DNA of 59,538 nt, counting the filler, from Dugesia japonica (lineage: Eukaryota): assembly GCA_001938525.1 (NCBI GenBank). It is 5 parts of 5 records of this genome, joined end to end, with 100 filler letters (N's around TTAATTAATTAA, not from the genome) between each part and the next. Parts side by side here need not be neighbours in the genome. Positions count along the whole stretch, not along the records: positions 49,325 to 59,538 come from MQRL01614401.1; 4 more parts are not named here. One strand, 5' to 3'. Both the position numbers and the translations under genes were made by a program. The notes under the pieces are model-generated. The model was not told the DNA's origin. It saw nothing but the letters and a program-made list of their open reading frames with translations, and ran no database searches. The stretch's first letter is position 1; every line of letters begins with the position of its first letter. Below are positions 51,599-59,538 of this stretch, piece after piece.

Positions 51599-52832
51599 TA
51601 CCTCGAATACGATTATTAAATAGTCGAGTTGTCACTGACTGATTCACAAGCTGCTTCTAGAACGTCCTTACGCTAAACCGAATGAGCTCACCCTGCTACG
51701 CCACCTGGCCCAACGTAACTGGCTCATTAAAAAGCTAGATATAATGGTAAAAAATGACGATTTGGCTCACAGTGTAGGGTATTTAACTCAACAAAAGTTT
51801 ATGGTTCGTATAGTATAGTTATAAATAAGATAACTGTAAGATTGTGTGTGATTTATCTTTTGAAATATTGTTGTTATTCAATGTATGTAGCTACAAANNN
51901 NNNNNNNNNNNNNNNNNNNNNNNNNNNNNNNNNNNNNNNNNNNNNNNAATGTATGTAGCTACAAATACTATATAGACGATATTTTATCAAAATATAAATA
52001 TGGTTATATCTTGTATACTTCTTGATATAAATGAATAAGCAATCACCTTTTCAAAATATTTATTTTGGATATATATATGCTTAACCTTATAGGTAATAAT
52101 TTATTTAATGAAGGAAAACCACTTAAAGAAAGAGGTTTCCTTAATTAAAAATTTTCTTCAAAACTAAACTGACATACGTCAGTATTTATAGTAAAATTTA
52201 CACTAGGCATCATGCAATGACTTAGTGATTATCATTCCAAAATTCAAAAATTTTTTACTTACATAATAAAATTCCATTAAATCAATTCATAAATAATAGA
52301 ATTTTCCATAAAATTTTCAGACAAAATATATCAATCAACAATTCCGATTAAACTTCAAATTAATTTACAAATAATAATAAACATTAATAAAATTTTCAGG
52401 TTTAGATAATGTTTATACAATAAAGCCGAAATAATTAAACAAAACCGAAATTAATTTACAATGTCTAAAATCATAATAATAAAATGTAATGTCAGCATAT
52501 TTGAGTTGGATTGATTGATCTTGATTTGAGGACNNNNNNNNNNNNNNNNNNNNNNNNNNNNNNNNNNNNNNNNNNNNNNNNNNTTTTGAGTTATATTACT
52601 CTGCTTGTTTATTGTGTGTTGTGTGTATTGCATGCTTGTATATTCAAACCTCAACAACAGGACTAAACAAATGCTGGTCAACAAAAAAGATTTTTTAAAC
52701 CAATATATCGCTGACCTATCCACCTGGCTGGAATTAGAAAGCTCGACAAGGTGGAATAGTGACGATGATTTGGTCGAATTTGATTTTACAAATGACCAGT
52801 GGCTTGAATCTGAGGCGCTAAGTTTTATGTGA
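51599..52832 (+). pseudogene. ORF-A, split by a ~0.9-kb insertion (51753-52640)
   Basis: PRIRLLNS..LLRHLAQRNWLIKKLDIMVK // SNLNNRTKQMLVNKKDFLNQYIADLS..FDFTNDQWLESE. Confidence 0.75.
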
Positions 52833-53155
52833 ACAATTATTTGTGTAAATAAAATTTTTTATTAAGTAATTGTTAACTTTGCTCTTGATTACCAGATTAG
52901 TATAGTGGAGAAATATTGAAGTTGTGCGAGTGTGTACTTCAATTAAGCGTTGAAAGTCAACCGCTCTATACCGAAACACTAAAAAGGGACTTTAGATAAA
53001 TTCTTGAAAGGGTTCCCTAAAGGCTTTCGTTTCCCCAGACATATTTTTCTACACCAAACTCAGGTGGAACCCCAACATTATTATCAATACTTTTCTCTGA
53101 ATGCTTAATCGTGCAACTACATTTTCAGCAGTCAGCTGCATAGCTAAGATGTTGC

Positions 53156-56063
53156 ATGATTTCAGTTTATGTCAAGCGATGCAAAGTGTATTTTGAAAGT
53201 AAAAACATCACTCAGATGAAACAACAGGAGAAATTAGTCTCTTGTTTGCTAGATAAAGACTTGTCTGAAGAATATGCAAAAACGTTGAAAAAGGTTGAAT
53301 GTTTTCAGGCTCTTTTACCTATGGCATTTGATAAAGAGAAAAAGTTTATAAAAGATTTTCAAAATTTGATTAACTACATGCGTGAAAATAAAGAGATTTA
53401 AGTTTATTTTAAAAATGTAAAAGATTTAGTGGAAAGGTTATTTACAAATAAAGATTTTACAAAGGAAAAAATGGTAGCAAAGATACTAGTTTTTGGTTCA
53501 GATAGCAAAAAAGTTGAAGAACAAGTTACTTGGTGGAAACGACAGAATGTAGAATAAATTGAAGAAACAATGACGTTAGTAGATCAAGTAGGGAAAAAAA
53601 GAGATCGAGTTGATGCAATTAGAAGTTACGTGAGAGTTACAAATCAAAATTATCAGAAACCGTTAAATCATACAGTGAACAGACATGTGGAGCAAAGAAA
53701 TGAAAAACAAAATATCGAATGTTTATTATTATTAAGATCGATCATACTAAAGAAAATTGTCCAACAAAAAAAATGGTAGAGTGCTGGAGTTGCAATAAAA
53801 CAGGACATATAAGTCGAGACTGTCCAAACAAAAACCAACAAAAGGTTTTGATTGTGGAAAAGATGGCCATTTAAGAAGGTTATGTCAAGAAGTGAGGTGT
53901 AAACGATGTGGTAATGGTAGACATAGAGCAGAAAAGTGCTACACAAATTTGAAAATGAAAAGAACCAATAAGAAATTTATGACTGCAGAAAGATCAAGAA
54001 ACCCATATAATCGAGTACAAGCGAATGAAGATGAAGATGTCAGTACAAACGATTGATATGAAGAAGTATATGAAAGCGATTCCGAAAGGCAGGGCTCCAC
54101 CAGTAAAGGAGTTGATTGGACCCATCCATTTTAAATGAAGTTAGTAATTATGCTCAAGGGGTCAAAAAGTGGGATGATTTCAGAAAAGTTACGAAAAAGT
54201 ATACAGGTTCTTAAAGAGGGAAAATCTTTCAAATGAGAGAAAAGTTGAAAGCAGAAAACAGTTTAAGCAAAACAGAAAACAAATATTTCGTACCATAAAT
54301 TGAAAAGCAGACCAAGTGTTACGGTATCAATTCAAAGAAATAAAGTCGAATGTCTATTAGATACAGGGGCTCAAATTAACGTGTTGAGTTTGAGTTGCTT
54401 TAATAAATAACGAGAACTAAATTTAGAAATGAGTGAGGAAAAATTGCGTTGTGCAAATAATAGTACACTTGAAATTGTTGGGGCAGTTAGAACCAGAGTG
54501 ATAATTGATGAAGATTGCAAAGAGATTACTTTCTTAGTTGCTGAAAGAGTGGCACCAGATCTGATAGGAGGAATAGATATGCAGAAGATTTTTGGATATC
54601 AGCTTATGCGAAAGGTTGAAAGCAAAGCGTTTGAAAAAGTTGAAAATTATATTTGTATTATTGAAGCAAAATTTGGGAGACAAATTAAAAAAGTAGAGCG
54701 ATTGACAAGAGCCTAAAATATTTTGAAGATTAAGACGGATCAACGGTTTTTGAAAATAATTAAAAGTAAAGAAGTTGCTTTTATGGCAGATAAATGAGAT
54801 GTAGGACGCACACATCTGACAAAACACAAAATAATCACAAGTGGTGAACCAATCGATGTAAATAGTATAGACAACCAATGAACTCTTCTTGGAATACCCC
54901 ACTGATCTGTGTTTGGAAAAATTTAAAAAAAGACATAAGAATATGTTTGGATTTCAGAAAATTGAATGCCTAATGTCGAAATGCTGGACAAGTTTGATGG
55001 AGCCAAATATTTCTGTTCAATAGATTTTGGAAATGCATACTATCAGGTAGACCTCGAAAAGAAAAACAGCGTTTTCAACGAAACACGGGCAATATTGTTT
55101 TAATAGAATGCTATTTTGCATTGCAGCATCACCAGGGACATTTCAAGAGATGATGACAAAAGTGGTGGGCGGAATCAATGGAGCCATGGTTTGTCTTAAT
55201 GACATTCTGATATTTACTAACAATAAAGATCAACAATATTAAGTCATTGAAAAGTATTGATAGAAATAATGAAGGCCGGTCTAAGAAATAAATCAGAAAA
55301 GTGTCAGTTTCTTCAAAGCGAAATCAAATTTCTTGTACACATAATTAGCAGGGATGGTGTTAGAACTGATCCGTCTAAAATAGAAGCAATAAGATTACTT
55401 GGAAAACCTAACTGTGTGAAGAAGTTACGAATTTTCTCGAGAATTTGTAATTTTTACATGAAGTTTATAGAAAAATACTTAAGAAATTCAAAGATATTAG
55501 AGCAGTTGCGTAGCGGATCAAGCAACAAGAAATTAGAATGGACAGATAAAATAAACGATACTTTGGAGGGTCTAAAAATATATCTAATGACTGCACCAAT
55601 ATTTTGTTTTCCGGACATAAACAAAGGATTAATATTAGATACAGATGCCAGTTTTGATACAATTGGAGCAGTATTGTTACAGAATGAAGGAAGAGAAAAA
55701 GTTGTTGCCTATGGATCACACTCAATGACAAGTCATGAAAAAGGATACTGCATTACACGAAAAGAGTTATTGGCATTTTATTATTTCTGTATGCATTTCA
55801 AGCATTACTTGTACGGTAGAAGATTTATTCTTAGAACAGATCACAAAGCTCTAACTTTCATGATGACAACAAACAAACCAATTACGCCGCAATTTCAAAC
55901 ATGGATTAATTATCCGAGCAGTTTAGATATGGTTTTGGAATATAGAAAAAGAATTCAAAATGCAGATATGTTATCTAGACCAAGATGTGAGGGATGTGTA
56001 CAATGTCAAATGTCACATGAAGAAGCTAAGAAAGGGAAGATTAAAACGAGAATACTGAACATA
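53156..56063 (+). mobile_element. Ty3/Gypsy gag-PR-RT-RNase H remnant, same family as 6895-10473
   Basis: High similarity to 7178-9270; RNase H motifs ILDTDASFDTIGAVL, ITRKELLA, RTDHKAL, NADMLSR. Confidence 0.95.
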
Positions 56064-56312
56064 TGTTGGGGTTCCATCTGAGTTGATGATGGAGAGAATA
56101 AACTGGCCGGGGAAAAACGATCCTCAAGTGTAACCCGTCAAGAATTTAAATCTAATGTCCCTAAATTAGATATTCAGTGTAGAACGGTTGGCCTTCAACT
56201 TCATGTGAGGTTCACACTCCTACACTTTTGGTTCGGGTACGTGATTATTTCCCTATTATTTTAAAGTATCAAAAAGTAAACAACAGATTACTCAAATTAT
56301 ATTGTTTCTAAA

Positions 56313-56690
56313 CTACATTCCATCTAGATCCTCCGGGTCTAACCACTGGGCAGGCTCTTCGGGTATGAAATCGAATACTAAATGGTCATCCTGATCGTCC
56401 CAGTTGAGACACGTTTCATTGCCTAACTGGCGGGATAGGTCGGCAATATACAGTTTCAAGAATTCGACCTTGTGCTGCAGGACTTGTTTTGCCTACTCGG
56501 CTAGGTTATTCTGCTTTTTTACTATTTTGTCTTATTTCTTAATCAGCATATTCCTTTGAGCCAAGTCTTTTAAAAGAGCCCTCTCGGTTTGACGTTTGAA
56601 ATGCGATATATCCATCAGTACTGGCTCGGACCAACCATCAATTTCGTCGATCCGCCTGCATTACCAACTCCATCGTTCACGGAGGATTAC
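56313..56690 (-). pseudogene. ORF-A homolog
   Basis: SHFKRQTERALLKDLAQRNMLIKK*..KVEFLKLYIADLS..FDFIPEEPAQWLDPE. Confidence 0.75.
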
Positions 56691-56866
56691 GAGAATCATT
56701 TTTTGAGCGAGTGATTCAGCAATTATAAGACCTCCAATTATTCATTTTAAAGCTGTAATACTAAAGGTGTCACGGATTTTTCTGAGCTTTTTTTTTAATC
56801 TTTTTATTATAAATAATGTTCAGAGTTGTACTAATAAAGAATTTATATCTAAATCTTTCATTTAAG

Positions 56867-57222
56867 TTAATCAATTATGAGCGAAATCCACTGTGTTTAC
56901 TAGTAAACCGCTTCATGACGACAGTGATTACCAAGAAATTACTTGGGAGCTGTACCGGTTAGCAAAACGCAGCTGAGAAGCACAGGATTCAACAAAGAAG
57001 TCAAAAAACAAAGTATACAAGAAACGTCGCGAATTCAGGGAGAAAGCCGCCCTTTCTTATGATAAAGAGCGCCTCTGGAAGGCCGAACTTGAAACTTTCT
57101 CTGAACTTTTACACCAGTCGCATGACCGGGAGAACCGGATAGTGGGATATGTACTGAAATTAAAATTTCAAGTACCAATAAATCCATTAATGATAAATAA
57201 AGCTACACAAGCTAAATTCTGA
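56867..57222 (+). pseudogene. ORF-B homolog
   Basis: ELYRLAKRS*..RLWKAELETF..HDRENRIVGYVL..INKATQAKF*. Confidence 0.75.
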
Positions 57223-57389
57223 TGACTTTTTGTAATTAAATAAATTCTATGTAGAACATTTTTGAATTTGCTATATTTTATTTTAAACCTCTAATTTACT
57301 CTATTAATTTAGTGCCAATGCGTACTCAGCAAATTCGGTACGCATGTGTCACTATTGGATTAGTTATTTGAGCAGTTTAGATATAAATA

Positions 57390-58255
57390 TTTTATATAGA
57401 AAGGATCGTTTCATACAAATGCGGATATGTTGTCAATGAGTAAATGCGATACATGTGCACGACGTCTAATGTCCCATGAAGTTCCCAAAAGTATAAAATT
57501 AAAAATAAGGATGTTAAATACAGTAGATATCCAATAGAAGCAAGACAATTTTGAAGAAAATGATGAAGTAACAAGGATACAAGGATACTCCATCTATTAT
57601 GTCATGCTGGAGCAGAAAAGTAGCAAAGTATATGAAGCATAAATACAACTCGAAACATTTGAGGAACAAAGTACAAGAGATTGTCCGAAGCTGTATAACA
57701 TACCAGAAAGCTAAAGTGTTGTCAACAAAAAAGAAGGAACAAACGAAAATGACACAGCTAGTTAAAATGTTTGATTTGTTATTTATATATGTGTGTGGAG
57801 ACAAAATATATAGGAGACAAAAAAGATGTTTTCGGTATAATATATCAATGCATTAAGTATGTAGTTTTGATAGCAATGGCAAGACAAGACGAAGATACCA
57901 TACGGAAGGCAAAGTTCGGGTGTCCGAGAGAAATTAAAGTTGATTGTGGAAGAGCATTTGAGTCTAAATCATTAAAAGATGTTGCAGCTGAACATAGATA
58001 TACTCTCAGGATTTTAAGTCTATATCATCATAACACAAATGGACAAATCAAGAGACAGTTTAGAACTGTGAGATATGATAAATGCGACGCTTAAAGAAAT
58101 GAATTCCTCAGATTGAGCTGATGTATTGTCGGAGATAGAATTTACCTTGAAGACTACAAAACAAAAGATCACTGGAAAAGATCTACTGAAATCATATTTT
58201 GAAAGAGAATAAGCAGAGAAAAATGGTATGAAACAGATTCTCAAAGAGAGCAATT
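57390..58255 (+). mobile_element. Gypsy integrase remnant (another subfamily)
   Basis: NADMLS, HLLLCHAG, SCITYQKAK, FGCPREIKVDCGRAFES, YHHNTNGQIKRQFRT. Confidence 0.88.
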
Positions 58256-59538
58256 TTCGATTTTTTTATGTCATTTCACCGTCGTTAACACTGGTTCCAT
58301 ATAAATTTATCTTATCATAGCTTATGAATTTCCCTTACATCACATCGCTCGTTTCTTTTATGCATTTCTACTCCGTAAGTCTCATCACTTATTTACCCTT
58401 CTTTCTTTTACTACACAATTCGAATTTTGCAACCCATCTTGCTTATTTAATAGACCACATACTTGCTATAATTATTTCTCGACCAAAACCTCTTTCACCC
58501 AACCTAATTAACAGCACTCTTTCGTGCTGCTAGCTAAGAATGAATAGACAATCTCGTCGTTCATTAATAAATTATCACATAACAAACAATTAATAAATTT
58601 TACTTTCTTTTGATACGTCTGTCCGATTGTTAGCAATATTACCACTCAGTATTTTTAACAATAAATTACTGAGAGTTTCATAAATGAAATTTTTAAGAAA
58701 TTGATTTTCTGAAAAATGCTTTTTTTTTATACTCCACTGTTTCGTCAAATTTTGACTAATACAGTTGGTGCCAACTTTAGATTTATGTTAATGCAAGAAT
58801 TGTACGGTTCTCACCCGTAAATTCTACAAAGATGCCCAAATATGGTCATGATTATTTTTATTTTTTGTTAATTCTGTTACGGATTAGGTGCTCACAGATG
58901 TTCTATGTTTTTCCTCACGTGATCGGCTTATAAAAATAATAATTTTCTGAAACTTTTAAGAGTTTTAAAAATAAAGATAACTACACAATCACATGCAAAA
59001 ATGAACATATCTATCCCGAATTCTTACATAAAATCATCTTCTACATATAACATTCCTGTTATAATTTCTTCTTGTTCATTATAAATAATAATATTTATTG
59101 AATAATAAGTATTTTAATTATATTTATCGATAATAATAATAATTTCATATTTAATTATAATAATAATACAATTCTTCTACTTAAATCTGACGAATAATAC
59201 AATATTTTATTATTTATAATGATGATGATGATGATGATGATTCATTTCGCTTTGCTTTTCCTATCATTTCACTTTAAAATATCAAAATATTTTAATTTAC
59301 AGTTATTTGTAGTTATTTGTTTTAATCTTTCCTTTTATCTCATCAATATAATTTTTTTTAATATATAAATACTTTTAACACATTTATATAAATTATAAAT
59401 AATGATTTATATTTCTTGTTTTATTTACATTCTCCTTTTCGATCACTAAAACAATTTGATTTATTTACTGAGTACTATTTTATCTTATTAACTTCGGAGC
59501 CATATAATTATTAATTATCTTCAATTACTATATCTTTT

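Larger units (their letters stand above)
50270..53077 (-). mobile_element. Unclassified TGTTGGGG-terminated element, copy 2 (longest, several small ORFs)
   Basis: Ends GGTGGAACCCCAACA at 53077; contains ORF-B, split ORF-A and two further GC-richer coding-like patches; left boundary uncertain. Confidence 0.7.
56064..57380 (+). mobile_element. Unclassified TGTTGGGG-terminated element, copy 3, plus adjacent oppositely oriented B-A fragment
   Basis: TGTTGGGGTTCCATCTGAG abruptly truncates Gypsy pol; ORF-A on minus, ORF-B and another ORF-A start on plus. Confidence 0.75.

Noticed and set aside
51880-51965. Direct repeat AATGTATGTAGCTACAAA flanking an N gap
   Set aside because: Typical overlapping contig ends
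55975-56025. CxxCxxCxxxH motif between RNase H and integrase
   Set aside because: Similar Cys-rich linkers are common in metazoan Gypsy pol; not considered novel
53064-56077. CCCCAACA and TGTTGGGG ends as LTRs or TIRs of the Gypsy between them
   Set aside because: The element bodies extend outward, the copies are highly diverged, and the family's true LTR is the 192-bp repeat seen at 10282
56059-57400. TG element as a clean insertion with TSD in one Gypsy copy
   Set aside because: Pol resuming at 57390 repeats an earlier region and belongs to another subfamily; no TSD found

Overview
Very AT-rich eukaryotic DNA that is almost entirely nested, decayed transposon sequence. Short 40-50 nt introns and the TE mix suggest an invertebrate, possibly a planarian-type flatworm (inference only). 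Four artificial 44N-TTAATTAATTAA-44N joins mean linkage across them is not established. Two convergent host-like genes lie at 2.3-4.3 kb: an acidic low-complexity exon and a single-pass membrane protein with tyrosine motifs. TE remnants include at least five Ty3/Gypsy copies (one with both LTRs and a TSD), hAT elements (including a SPIN/URR1-like MITE), mariner/Tc1, piggyBac, Merlin, MULE, an RLE non-LTR element, and a Penelope-like element with a GIY-YIG domain and a minimal hammerhead ribozyme. Polinton/Maverick (adintovirus) pieces comprise PolB fragments, repeated AG-starting termini, and an ordered block of ATPase, cupiennin-like, integrase, penton, gasderminX-like, hexon, adenain and DEDD genes. 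The most novel signal is an unclassified element family beginning TGTTGGGGTTCCA (three termini). It has a conserved terminal hairpin and carries small, apparently spliced accessory genes conserved at protein level: ORF-A (coiled-coil/acidic, four copies) and ORF-B (ending in a dynein-LC8-type DKATQT motif, two copies). All calls come from manual reading, and boundaries of decayed elements are approximate.
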